A stretch of DNA of 62,874 nucleotides, filler included, from Gemmatimonadota bacterium (GCA_003697105.1; 4 parts of 4 records of this genome joined end to end with filler, not necessarily neighbours in it), one strand, 5' to 3'; shown: positions 31,500 to 41,299, counted from the whole stretch's first letter. The notes: generated by a model not told the origin, from the letters alone. Made by a program: numbers and translations.

Positions 31500-33512
31500 A
31501 TGCCGAAAAAACGATACATTAAAGCGGAAGATTTATACGCCTTTGAACTCATATCCAATCCGCAAATCTCACCGGATGGGGCTCACGTGCTTTTTACCGC
31601 CCAGCGAATCCATAAAAAAACGGAAAAAAAATATACCGACCTCTGGATCGTACCCACTCACAAAGGCAAACCACGGCGCTTTACCTATGGAGATTGGTCG
31701 GATTACTCACCCAAATGGTCGCCGGATGGGCAAGAAATTGCGTTTATATCCAACCGAGGGGATGAGAAGCAACCCCAAATTTATGTGTTGCCCTTTTATG
31801 GGGGAGAAGCCCGCCCCATAACCCATCTGAAAGGTGAATTTGGCAGTTTTGAATGGTCACCGGATGGGAAAACCATTGCCTTTGAATTTCGGAAAAAAGA
31901 TCAAGAGGCACTTGAACGGGAAAAAGATGATCAAAAAAAGAAGTTGGGCATTGTCGCACGGCATTATGACCGGGTCTTTTTTAAGTACGATGGCTACGGT
32001 TATTTACCCAAAGAACGTTGGCACATTTGGACGGTTGATGTTGCCAAAGGTAAAACCACCCAATTAACCGATCATGCGGTTTATGATGAAAATGAACCGG
32101 TGTGGTCTCCCGATGGAACCGCCATTGCCTATTTTTCCAACCGCTCGGAAAACCCAGACTTTAACCCGGAAATGATCGATCTGTTTGTGATGCCAGCAAC
32201 CGGTGGAGAAGCCCGTAAAATTGAGACTTTTGAGGGCTTCAAATTCTTTCCTGCATTTTCGCCGGATGGCAAGTGGATCGCCTTTATGGGTACGGAAGGC
32301 AAAGGGCAATGGTGGAAGTCCAACCGGGTCTGGATTGTACCGGCAGATGGAAGCGACCGCCCCCAAAATGTAACCGCCAATTTTGATGTCAATGCTGGGA
32401 AGGCAATTACCGGTGATATGACCGGCAATTTAGGCAATATGCCACTCATCTGGTCAACGGATAGCCGTCACCTTTATTTTCAGGTCTCCCAGCACGGTAT
32501 CGTGACGGTCAACCGGATTGATCGGGACGGAAACCATCTGGAAACCTTCATTGAAGCGGATGGGGTCATCGGTGGCGGCACGTTTGATCGCACCCATCAA
32601 AAGGTGGCTTACTTGTACGCTACATTATCCGATTTGGGGCATATTTTTGTGCGCGATCTCAAATCCGCTAAAACCAAAAAATTAACCGATTTCAATACCA
32701 AACTCCTCAATACGTTGCAACTGGGCAATGTTGAAGAAATCTGGTACAAAGGTGCGGCAGATAACGATTTACAAGGCTGGATCGTCTATCCCCCGGATTT
32801 TGATCCGGCAAAAACGTATCCCTCAATTTTGCAAATTCATGGGGGACCTTTTCTACAATACGCCAAGACCTTCCCGCATGAATTTCACCATCAGGCGGCA
32901 AATGGTTACATAGTTTACTATACCAATCCACGGGGTAGTCAAGGTTACGGGGAAGAACACGCGCGCGCGATCGACAATAATTGGGGCGGTCCGGATTACG
33001 ACGATTTGATGGCATTTGCCGCAGTGATGGCGCAAAAACCATTTATCGATCCGGAACGGATGGGTGTCACCGGTGGGAGTTATGGCGGCTACATGACCAA
33101 TTGGATTGTCGGACATACTCATCGCTTCAAAGCGGCAGTGACCCAACGATGTGTTCATAACTTGATCAGCATGTGGGGATCCAGTGACTTTAACTGGGCA
33201 TTCCAGCAGGAATTTGGCGATGTCACCCCGTGGGAAGATATGGAAAATTTGTGGCGGCAATCTCCGGCAAAGTATATCGGCAACTGCAAAACGCCCACAT
33301 TGGTTATCCACAGCGAAAAAGACCTGCGCTGTGCCCAAGAGCAAGGCGAACAAATGTACGTAGCACTCCAAAAATTAGGTGTGGATACCGAGCTGGTGCT
33401 CTTCCCCGATGAACCCCACGGACTCTCCCGCGTGGGTCGTACAGACCGGCGAGTTGCGCGCTTGAATCATATCTTACGCTGGTTTGATAAATACCTGAAA
33501 GATAATGCGTAA
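31500..33512 (+). CDS. S9 family peptidase (acylaminoacyl/dipeptidyl peptidase with PD40 propeller)
   Basis: WSPDG repeats, IHGGP, GGSYGG nucleophile, D and H catalytic motifs (KDLRC, EPHG). Confidence 0.94.
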   Translation: MPKKRYIKAEDLYAFELISNPQISPDGAHVLFTAQRIHKKTEKKYTDLWIVPTHKGKPRRFTYGDWSDYSPKWSPDGQEIAFISNRGDEKQPQIYVLPFYGGEARPITHLKGEFGSFEWSPDGKTIAFEFRKKDQEALEREKDDQKKKLGIVARHYDRVFFKYDGYGYLPKERWHIWTVDVAKGKTTQLTDHAVYDENEPVWSPDGTAIAYFSNRSENPDFNPEMIDLFVMPATGGEARKIETFEGFKFFPAFSPDGKWIAFMGTEGKGQWWKSNRVWIVPADGSDRPQNVTANFDVNAGKAITGDMTGNLGNMPLIWSTDSRHLYFQVSQHGIVTVNRIDRDGNHLETFIEADGVIGGGTFDRTHQKVAYLYATLSDLGHIFVRDLKSAKTKKLTDFNTKLLNTLQLGNVEEIWYKGAADNDLQGWIVYPPDFDPAKTYPSILQIHGGPFLQYAKTFPHEFHHQAANGYIVYYTNPRGSQGYGEEHARAIDNNWGGPDYDDLMAFAAVMAQKPFIDPERMGVTGGSYGGYMTNWIVGHTHRFKAAVTQRCVHNLISMWGSSDFNWAFQQEFGDVTPWEDMENLWRQSPAKYIGNCKTPTLVIHSEKDLRCAQEQGEQMYVALQKLGVDTELVLFPDEPHGLSRVGRTDRRVARLNHILRWFDKYLKDNA

Positions 33513-33630
33513 TTGGATCTGAGTTGATTTCGAGTCGATGCCCCGTGCGATCCCCCAATGACAAGCAGGGGACGGATTTGAGCCAGCGGGGCATCATTTT
33601 AAAGTTTACGGACAACTGAGAAAGGCACAC

Positions 33631-35835
33631 ATGACATTTCCCTTAGATTTGAACAACGCCTTAACCCCACTGTTAATGGGGCTGGCACTGGTGTTAATTG
33701 CGTTTTCCATTTTTATCTATCGTTACACAAACCCGCCCATTTCCCGCCAACTGAAAGCAGGCTTAGCCTTTTTACGGGCGTTGGCGTTTGTTATTTTACT
33801 TTTCATGCTGATGGAACCCATTCTCTCGTTCACAGAGGAACGGGTGAAAGAACCGGTTATTGCGGTTCTCATGGATAATTCAGCCAGTATGACTTTGCGC
33901 GATGCGACGCCAGACAGCCTTTCGCGGTTAGAATGGGCACAGCAGTTTGCCCAAACGCTATCCTCACTCAATGATAAAGGGGAAGTGCGCTATTTCTCCT
34001 TTTCGAGTCAGGTGCGGGAGGTACCTTCGCCGGAGGTACTTCAGGGTGATGGGGGTGCCACCAATATGGGGCACTCGTTGCGCGAAGTCGCCGATCAACT
34101 CAAAGATCAAAATCTGGCGGCGGCAGTTTTCCTCACAGATGGCGCAAATAACAGCGGTACAGACCCCGTCCGAGCCGCACAAACGGTCGGGATACCGGTA
34201 TTTACCGTTGGGATCGGCGATTCCAGCATCCCGAAAGATGTGGCAATTACCCGATTTTTGACAAACGAAGTTGCCTATGTCAACAACCGCATTCCGATAG
34301 AAGTCACCATCCAATCCAGTGGTTTTGCTTCCGGCGAAACCACCCTGATTTTACGAGAAGATAACCAAACCCTTGATACCGCTCCAGTCTCGTTGACCTC
34401 AGATTTACAGCACCAAAACGCAACACTCCACTTCACCCCCACTACAGAAGGGGTCCACAAATACACCTTAACCATTCCCGTCCAAAACGGTGAAAAGATT
34501 CGGGAAAACAATACCCGTATTTTTCTGGTGAATGTTCTTAAAAACAAGATTCAGGTACTCCTGACCAGCGGCTCACCCAGTTATGACTTCAGCTTTATGA
34601 GTAAATCGCTGAAAGCAGACCCCAATATTGATGTCACGACCATGGCGATGGTCAAACCGGGTGAATTTTACCAGCAATTACCGGATGGCACCCATCGTAA
34701 ATCCGTCTCCTTTCCGGCAACAGAAAAAGCGTTGAATACCTACGATTTAATCATTTTGATGGATATGAATCTACGCTATATTCAGACGGGAACACAGCAG
34801 TTATTAGTCGATTTAGTGGAAAATAAAGGCAAAGCGGTTTGGTTTGTGGGGGGTAAACAGACGTTTGATCGCGGGGGCTTTCGCCGTTCGCCATTGGTGG
34901 ATTTGATGCCGGTTCAACTGGGGCGCGGCACGATCAACCAACAGTTTCAAATTAAACGGACACCGGACGGGGAGCAAAGCGCCATCTTACAAGTCGATGA
35001 CGATCCCCTGGTCAGTGATGACATGTGGAACGAGTTCCCCCCGCTCTTGGGTGCAAATTTACTAGGTGCGGTGAACCCCGGGGCAACCGTGCTGGCGGAG
35101 CATCCGCTGAAAAAAACACCGATTATCGCGACCGGACGAGCCGGACGGGGCAAAACGATGGTCTTTGGGGCATATTCATTCTGGCGCTGGCGTTTTTTTA
35201 TGGAAGGAGTCGGTTACAGTTCCGACTATTTTGACCGATTTGTGGGAAATGCCGTACGCTGGTTGGTCACTCGTGAAGTCGATCAGCGAGTAAAAATTAA
35301 CACAGACCAAAACGTCTATCGTAGTGGCGAAACCATCACCTTTACCGCCCAAATCTACGATGAAAATTACCAACCGGTGAATGAAGCAAAAGTGGAGGTA
35401 ACAGTGACATCCAAAACCGGTACGGATTTTGTGCCGATTCATCTGACCTTGCTCCCCACACCGGAAGGTAACGGCATCTATACCGGCACGATTAGTGCGT
35501 TACCCGCGGATGATTACGAATTTTCCGGCTATGCGGAGTATCGCAACCGGCGAATGGGCGAGGATACCGGCGAATTTACCGTGAGTATCTACAGCTTTGA
35601 ATACGAAAATACCCGCATGAATGCCGGACTACTGAAGCGTGTTGCTAGCTCACAAAACGGCAAATTCTATACACCGGATAATGCCGGTCAACTCCAAAAC
35701 GACATCCATCTGGAAGCAGAAATTATTAGCCAACATCGCGAAGTAACGTTATGGAATAATGGCTGGTTTTTCGTGCTGTTTGTGGGACTATTGGCTGTAG
35801 AATGGGCGGCACGAAAACGCAAAGGGTTAGCTTGA
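33631..35835 (+). CDS. Membrane protein with VWA and glutamine-amidotransferase-like domains
   Basis: N-terminal TMs, MIDAS DNSASM and FLTDG, C-terminal EW..RK.KGL tail. Confidence 0.8.
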   Translation: MTFPLDLNNALTPLLMGLALVLIAFSIFIYRYTNPPISRQLKAGLAFLRALAFVILLFMLMEPILSFTEERVKEPVIAVLMDNSASMTLRDATPDSLSRLEWAQQFAQTLSSLNDKGEVRYFSFSSQVREVPSPEVLQGDGGATNMGHSLREVADQLKDQNLAAAVFLTDGANNSGTDPVRAAQTVGIPVFTVGIGDSSIPKDVAITRFLTNEVAYVNNRIPIEVTIQSSGFASGETTLILREDNQTLDTAPVSLTSDLQHQNATLHFTPTTEGVHKYTLTIPVQNGEKIRENNTRIFLVNVLKNKIQVLLTSGSPSYDFSFMSKSLKADPNIDVTTMAMVKPGEFYQQLPDGTHRKSVSFPATEKALNTYDLIILMDMNLRYIQTGTQQLLVDLVENKGKAVWFVGGKQTFDRGGFRRSPLVDLMPVQLGRGTINQQFQIKRTPDGEQSAILQVDDDPLVSDDMWNEFPPLLGANLLGAVNPGATVLAEHPLKKTPIIATGRAGRGKTMVFGAYSFWRWRFFMEGVGYSSDYFDRFVGNAVRWLVTREVDQRVKINTDQNVYRSGETITFTAQIYDENYQPVNEAKVEVTVTSKTGTDFVPIHLTLLPTPEGNGIYTGTISALPADDYEFSGYAEYRNRRMGEDTGEFTVSIYSFEYENTRMNAGLLKRVASSQNGKFYTPDNAGQLQNDIHLEAEIISQHREVTLWNNGWFFVLFVGLLAVEWAARKRKGLA

Positions 35836-35923
35836 TAACAAAATGGAAGACACGGTAGCGAATAGTCGCCACACCATTCAGGGGTTCTCTCAACAGGGAG
35901 AGCCTCATTTTTTAGGTAGTTTC

Positions 35924-37525
35924 ATGTTCAAATCGTTGCGTACAAAATTAGTGGTTGCCTTTGTGCTGACTATCATTTTGCCCTTGATACCCCTTACGTT
36001 TGTGGTGAAAAAGCTGATCGACCAGAGTATCGAATTGGGAGTCAATGAGCGAATGGAGCAAGCGTTTGAGAGCGCCGTTGATGTCGCGCAGGAAAATCTA
36101 ACTATCCGGCAGAATACGGTCATTGCACAGGCACAAGTCATTTCCAATTTGTTCGATATTCGCCAGCCGTTTCTTGCCCGCAACTACTTGCAACTCCATA
36201 TTTCGGTGGATATTTGGTCACGGCGGCTAAATGTCCAAGCGGTACAGATTTTTGATATTAATAATCTGGAAGACTCTCTAACGGAGTTGGTTAGTGGAGA
36301 AGTTGCCAGCAATCCGCATGTCAGCACGCATCTGAACGAGGTATTTCCGGCACAAGCGCGCGTGCAATTGATGCAATATTTGGAATATCGCAGCCAAAAT
36401 GAGGATTATCTTCTGGAACTGCCCGCCGGATCAAACGTCGTCAAGGCGTGGTCTCCCATTCGGGATGGGCAAGGCAAAATTGCAGGTATCGTTGTGGTGA
36501 CGCAAGTGAACGATCCGGTTTACCAAGCCGCTTCCGAAGATGTGATGGAAGCCATGCGCACCTACCAGAAATTGGGTGTGAATGTAACCCCGCTCAGTAT
36601 GAACTACCTCCTCACCTTTGTCGTAGTTGCCAGCATAATGATCTTAATTTCGTTGGTGGCGAGTGTGGTCATCACCAACAGCATCATGCGTCCCATTCTG
36701 AATTTGGTAGCCGGAACCCGCGAACTGGCAGCCGGCAATCTGGATCACCGGGTGGAGACCACCAGTGACGATGAACTGCGACAGTTAGTGGATGCCTTTA
36801 ATGCCATGGCAGAAAATCTGAAAGAAAATCGCAAACGCCTATTACAATCGGAACGGATTACCGCTTGGCAAGATGTGGCACGGAAACTCGCCCACGAGAT
36901 TAAAAACCCGCTAACCCCCATCCAACTTTCCATCCAGCACTTACGAGATCAATTTTACAAAAATGATCCCGCCTATCCGCAAATTTTGGAAGAATGTACG
37001 GAAACCATCTCAGAAGAGGTGGATACCCTCCGGAAAATGGTCAATACGTTTTCCGAATTTGCCCAACTCCCCCGCTCCGACCCGCATCCTGAGGATCTAA
37101 ATAAAGTGATTGAAAGCGTGGTTTCGCTCTATCGCGAGAACCACACCGATTTGGAAATCATCACCCAGTATGCCGAGTTACCCCCTCTGTTGATTGACGC
37201 CGAGCAGTTCAAACGTGTGACGCACAATCTGATCCGCAATGCCCTTGAGGCAATGAAGCACCGCGGTACTCTCACCATCCAAACGCGAATTCACCCGGAA
37301 ACCGATCACGTGGAAATCCGCTTCATCGATACCGGTAGTGGCATCCCAGAACATGTACGCCCCCATCTATTTAAGCCATATTTTACCACCAAAACCAACG
37401 GTACGGGTTTAGGGCTTGCCATTGTCAGCCGCATCGTACAGGATCATTTTGGCGAGATTTCCATCGAGAATAACCCCAACGGAATTGGTGCCACCACCAT
37501 CATCCGGCTACCGCTCCACATGTAG
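35924..37525 (+). CDS. NtrY-like HAMP sensor histidine kinase
   Basis: Two TMs, HAMP, AWQDVARKLAHEIKNPLTPIQL, DTGSG, GTGLGL. Confidence 0.9.
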   Translation: MFKSLRTKLVVAFVLTIILPLIPLTFVVKKLIDQSIELGVNERMEQAFESAVDVAQENLTIRQNTVIAQAQVISNLFDIRQPFLARNYLQLHISVDIWSRRLNVQAVQIFDINNLEDSLTELVSGEVASNPHVSTHLNEVFPAQARVQLMQYLEYRSQNEDYLLELPAGSNVVKAWSPIRDGQGKIAGIVVVTQVNDPVYQAASEDVMEAMRTYQKLGVNVTPLSMNYLLTFVVVASIMILISLVASVVITNSIMRPILNLVAGTRELAAGNLDHRVETTSDDELRQLVDAFNAMAENLKENRKRLLQSERITAWQDVARKLAHEIKNPLTPIQLSIQHLRDQFYKNDPAYPQILEECTETISEEVDTLRKMVNTFSEFAQLPRSDPHPEDLNKVIESVVSLYRENHTDLEIITQYAELPPLLIDAEQFKRVTHNLIRNALEAMKHRGTLTIQTRIHPETDHVEIRFIDTGSGIPEHVRPHLFKPYFTTKTNGTGLGLAIVSRIVQDHFGEISIENNPNGIGATTIIRLPLHM

Positions 37526-38305
37526 CCACGCCTTCACTCGCAAAACATCTTCCAAAGCCTGCTCCAACGGCACACGATATAAATAATCCATGATCTCCAG
37601 CATAAACACGCCAGCAAAATCAATCCGCTGAAGTTTGGAAATAACCGCTTGCCAACCAATAGTACCCTGCCCGGGAAACAGATGTTCATCGCGGTGACCG
37701 TAATTATCGTGGATATGAACGGTAAATAAACGGGATTGCATCTGGTCTAAAGCCTGATCCACACCACCATTAAGGTGGGCATGACCGGTATCCAAGCACA
37801 GACCCATACGGGGGGAATTCAACCGGTCAAGCAGGGAGACCAATGCCGCCACATCTGCCCCCACATAGCCGGTAGGCAAGTTTTCCACAGCGATTTTAAC
37901 CGTGGAGTGCTGTAACAGAGCTTCAACGCGCCGTAAATTGCCAACAAGCGCCGGATACGCTAACGGATGGAGCAAAGCCGGCAACGGTCTGCCGGGGTGA
38001 ACCACCACATACGGTATGTGTAACCGTTCCGCAATACCCAAATACTGCTGTAAAAGAGCCAACGTATGCCGGCGGTGAGATTCGCGAAAAGTAGCTAGGT
38101 TAAAATCCGGTTTATCATAACAGTGGATGCTAACCGCTTGAATCCCAAATTGATGAAGTAAGTCATAGATATGCCGCTCCAAGACATCACTCCACTGGTG
38201 AAAATAAATTTCCGTCCGGAAAATTTCGCAGGCGGCGAGTCGCTCTAATTGGTATTCCACCGGTACCGGCGGGTAACCTACGGCAATCATCACCCCAAGT
38301 TCCAT
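37508..38305 (-). CDS. Sugar phosphate isomerase/epimerase (AP endonuclease 2 TIM barrel) family
   Basis: VVHPG, AVENL, LDTGHA, HIHDN..DEHL.PG.G, MLE. Confidence 0.88.
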   Translation of the reverse strand: MELGVMIAVGYPPVPVEYQLERLAACEIFRTEIYFHQWSDVLERHIYDLLHQFGIQAVSIHCYDKPDFNLATFRESHRRHTLALLQQYLGIAERLHIPYVVVHPGRPLPALLHPLAYPALVGNLRRVEALLQHSTVKIAVENLPTGYVGADVAALVSLLDRLNSPRMGLCLDTGHAHLNGGVDQALDQMQSRLFTVHIHDNYGHRDEHLFPGQGTIGWQAVISKLQRIDFAGVFMLEIMDYLYRVPLEQALEDVLRVKAWLHVER

Positions 38306-38344
38306 GGTTGTCCCTTGTTCACCATTTGTTGAGAAACGCTCTAC

Positions 38345-38393
38345 AAAAAGAAAACCTTGCGGAGGGCATTCGATGCGCCTCGCAAGGTTTTCT
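38345..38393 (-). terminator. Rho-independent terminator
   Basis: AGAAAACCTTGCG/CGCAAGGTTTTCT stem followed by a T tract on the minus strand. Confidence 0.7.
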
Positions 38394-38477
38394 TCATTGT
38401 TATGTGGCGGTCGTGGCCGTCCGCTCTTAAAAGGCGTACTGCCCGATCCGGGTTCCGATCAACTGATTCGCCACAAT

Positions 38478-39200
38478 TTAGCGTAACAATACCATCCGCT
38501 TGGTACGCTGAAAATCATTGGCATCAATGCGATACAGATAGACCCCACTACCCAGTTCATTACCATTATCATCTGTACCGTCCCAGAAGACTCGGTAATG
38601 ACCGGCTTCTTGAGTTTCACTTACCAGATTTTTGACCAAGCGACCCGACATATCGTAAATCTTCAACGATACCTCGGAGGCAACCGGCAACTGGTAGTTA
38701 ATAGCGGTCTTCGGATTAAACGGATTGGGGTAGTTCTGCGAAATCGCGTAATAGCTGGGAGACGCCACTTGGGTATCGACCATTTCGACGCTGACGATGT
38801 CGTAGGTTTCTTGTCCGCGCACAATCACGTTATCCACATAGACACCGGCGTACCGGTTATCAGCGTCTTCATTTTGGGAAGTCGAGCCAAACGCGACACG
38901 GAACGTCACATTCATTCCTTCATAAGCAGAGAGGTCAAAGTAAGCGGGGAACCAATCGCCATAAGTGCCAGTCCAACCGGGCTGATTCGGCAGAGCGGCA
39001 ATAACGGTTTCATCGTATCCGCCTTCGGGCTGGATCGGGGTATAAGAAGGTTCAATAATAGTCCAGTTATCCCCTCCATCGGTTGAAATCTGAACGTTAC
39101 AACCATCTTCTTGATGAACGGTATTAACCCAGACCATCATTTCCAGTTGGTACGGAGCATTGTTTTCCGCTAAGGTGTATTCTTCGGAAATCAGGTACAC
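38478..39200 (-). CDS. C-terminal part of a secreted protein with FlgD-Ig/T9SS type-A sorting domain (5'-truncated)
   Basis: beta-sandwich (ISTDGGDNW, FDLSAYEG, GVYVDNV) followed by QNYPNPFNP, IYDMSGRLV, WDGTD..G..LGSGVY, KRMVLLR. Confidence 0.88.
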   Translation of the reverse strand: MYLISEEYTLAENNAPYQLEMMVWVNTVHQEDGCNVQISTDGGDNWTIIEPSYTPIQPEGGYDETVIAALPNQPGWTGTYGDWFPAYFDLSAYEGMNVTFRVAFGSTSQNEDADNRYAGVYVDNVIVRGQETYDIVSVEMVDTQVASPSYYAISQNYPNPFNPKTAINYQLPVASEVSLKIYDMSGRLVKNLVSETQEAGHYRVFWDGTDDNGNELGSGVYLYRIDANDFQRTKRMVLLR

Positions 39201-39300
39201 NNNNNNNNNNNNNNNNNNNNNNNNNNNNNNNNNNNNNNNNNNNNTTAATTAATTAANNNNNNNNNNNNNNNNNNNNNNNNNNNNNNNNNNNNNNNNNNNN
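39201..39300. other. Artificial contig linker
   Basis: 44 N + TTAATTAATTAA + 44 N. Confidence 0.97.
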
Positions 39301-39352
39301 ATAGACATCTTCAAGTATACTTTTTGAACCGATGTTTGAGGCACAAAAGACT

Positions 39353-39425
39353 GCATAACAGTGCGCTGCACTCGGACGGCAATTTCGCACCGCTTCATTG
39401 CCACCGGTGAGTTTGGTCGTTATCA
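39353..39425 (+). mobile_element. Integron attC site (73 bp)
   Basis: R'' GCATAAC, L'' GCTGCAC with extrahelical G, stem CGGACGGCAAT/ATTGCCACCGG, L' GTGAGT, R' GTTATCA. Confidence 0.8.
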
Positions 39426-39589
39426 AAATGAGCTGTTGTCATGGTGAGATGACCTTGTTTTGACCGGATTTCCCCTGTTTTCAGGGTAGACGACCCCCTG
39501 AGGGCAAATCTCTGTTTTTTTTGAGAAGATGTCCGCGATGTCAGTCCTTTCGGCTTTCCTTTACGTTCATGTTCATTTCATCTATGATC

Positions 39590-39636
39590 TGATTCAGTCC
39601 CGAAGGCACGGGCAGCACCGGTATCATCCGTTAGGC
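39590..39636 (+). repeat. Possible attC right half-site
   Basis: GC-rich arm ending in the consensus R' GTTAGGC (39630-39636); no matching R'' found upstream. Confidence 0.3.
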
Positions 39637-39772
39637 GATACGTTTTTTTCAACCCTCTTCAGTCATCACCGACCGGTGCTTCCCGCAAGATTGCAAACAG
39701 AGACGAAAGTTACCCTGATGGCTTTTTTGCTCAATTTCAGCTCTTTTTTCGTTTTAATCGCTGATATTCTGA

Positions 39773-39994
39773 GTCTAACGCGTTTATTTTGCAGATGGTC
39801 TCCTGTCAGATGGAGGGTAAAATTGGGTTTACACCTCAAATCAAATCTGATGTTGGGAGTCTGTGGACGGAACGCTTCACTCGGTTCTCCCATTGAGACT
39901 CTCGCAGAAGGCAAAATCGTTTCTTCGTTTTGTCCGGCATGAGGATCCAGTGAGTCGTTTTCGGGTCGCATAAGTAAAATAGACATCGTTAGGC
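39773..39994 (+). mobile_element. Long attC-like site (~222 bp)
   Basis: Consensus R'' GTCTAAC and R' GTTAGGC; arms GTCTAACGCGTTTATTTTGC and GTAAAATAGACATCGTTAGGC are largely complementary; cassette-like gene starts 22 bp downstream. Confidence 0.6.
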
Positions 39995-40016
39995 TGCTCA
40001 AAGACATGGTTAAAAA

Positions 40017-41075
40017 ATGATACGAAAAACTATAACATTAGTAATTATCATAATGACAATGAGTGGATGTGTTGACACGCCAGTATTGGAAAAAGAAGAA
40101 GTGTATTCCAACAAAATCTCAGATGACAGAATGCTTCTGGTGTTATCTGCTCCATCCATAAATGATTCGTATTACGCGCCGATATTTCAAATTATAGTAG
40201 ATTTTCAAATTAAATATGCCAACGCCATTTTAGGGAATGATAATGTTGTGATCATTGTTGACAGAGATACTAAGGCATATTATGAGAACGAACTGCCAGA
40301 AGATTTGTTGATAATTGATGAAATACATGACATTTGGGCAAGAGATTTTTCGACAGTAAACCCACTTGAACCAGTTCAATTTGTCTACACTTGGGCATCC
40401 ATGACAAAGCAGGAAAGCGAGAGTGTTCAAAAAAGTTTCGATGACTTTGCCAATCGGTATCAAATACAAAGACAGTATGCGAATTTTTTACTGGACGGGG
40501 GAAACATTGTTGACAACTATGCCGGAAGGGTGATAACTACATCACGGTTTATGGAAGACAATCATCTCTCTTACGAAGAAGCAAAACAACTCCTACAAGA
40601 ACGTATTGGGGCAACAGAAGTTGCCATTTTAGAACCTGATGAAGAAGTATTAGCACATGCGGATGGGATGGTAAGTTGGATTGATGAAAACACATTGTTG
40701 GTCAATGATTATTCTGATGATGAATTATTTCGTGCAATAGTTATGGATGAATTACAGTCTGCTTTCCCGGATGTAAAAATTATTGAAGTTCCCGTTGAGT
40801 ATCAAAACAATCGCCCTGGAGAGTGGGAAGGGTTTGAATCCGCCTGCGGGGTAAATCTAAATTCAACGGTAACATTCAAGAACATCTATGTTCCCGTGTT
40901 CAACATGCAACATGATCAAGAAGTTATCAATATCATCAAGCGGAATTCAACAAAGACCGTAATTCCTGTGGATGCTTCAGGAGTATGTGCTATGGGTGGA
41001 AGCGTTAGATGTTTGACTTGGCAATTAACGGGAGAGAATGCTGAAAAATTGATACTGGCGGCTAGAAAAAAATGA
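40017..41075 (+). CDS. Agmatine/peptidylarginine deiminase-family lipoprotein (probable gene cassette)
   Basis: Lipobox MSGC; WARD, DGGNI, HADG and GGSVRCLT motifs; visibly AT-richer than neighbours. Confidence 0.85.
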   Translation: MIRKTITLVIIIMTMSGCVDTPVLEKEEVYSNKISDDRMLLVLSAPSINDSYYAPIFQIIVDFQIKYANAILGNDNVVIIVDRDTKAYYENELPEDLLIIDEIHDIWARDFSTVNPLEPVQFVYTWASMTKQESESVQKSFDDFANRYQIQRQYANFLLDGGNIVDNYAGRVITTSRFMEDNHLSYEEAKQLLQERIGATEVAILEPDEEVLAHADGMVSWIDENTLLVNDYSDDELFRAIVMDELQSAFPDVKIIEVPVEYQNNRPGEWEGFESACGVNLNSTVTFKNIYVPVFNMQHDQEVINIIKRNSTKTVIPVDASGVCAMGGSVRCLTWQLTGENAEKLILAARKK

Positions 41076-41105
41076 GAGCAAGACCACAGCAATTCATATT
41101 GAACT

Positions 41106-41153
41106 TTGGTGCTATTCATACGGCTTAAAAAGTCACTTTTGGCGAAGGTATTG
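41106..41153 (-). repeat. Solitary IS-like end, 44/48 identical (inverted) to 62778-62825
   Basis: Reverse complement CAATACCTTCGCCAAAAGTGACTTTTTAAGCCGTATGAATAGCACCAA. Confidence 0.7.
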
Positions 41154-41299
41154 GAATTCACGTTATGATAGATTGGAATTTGCTGAAAGTTTCCAGATGG
41201 ATGTTCATGTGGAAGCGTGAATCACCTACAAATTAACAGTTGTTAAGAACAGGAAAACCTTTTTTTCTTAGAGTCTTCATAAATGGAGGATGTGTTTTC

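Noticed and set aside
39529-40007. ORFs 39529-39942 (+) and 39666-40007 (-)
   Set aside because: No recognisable motifs or RBS; they overlie attC-like sites and are probably spurious.
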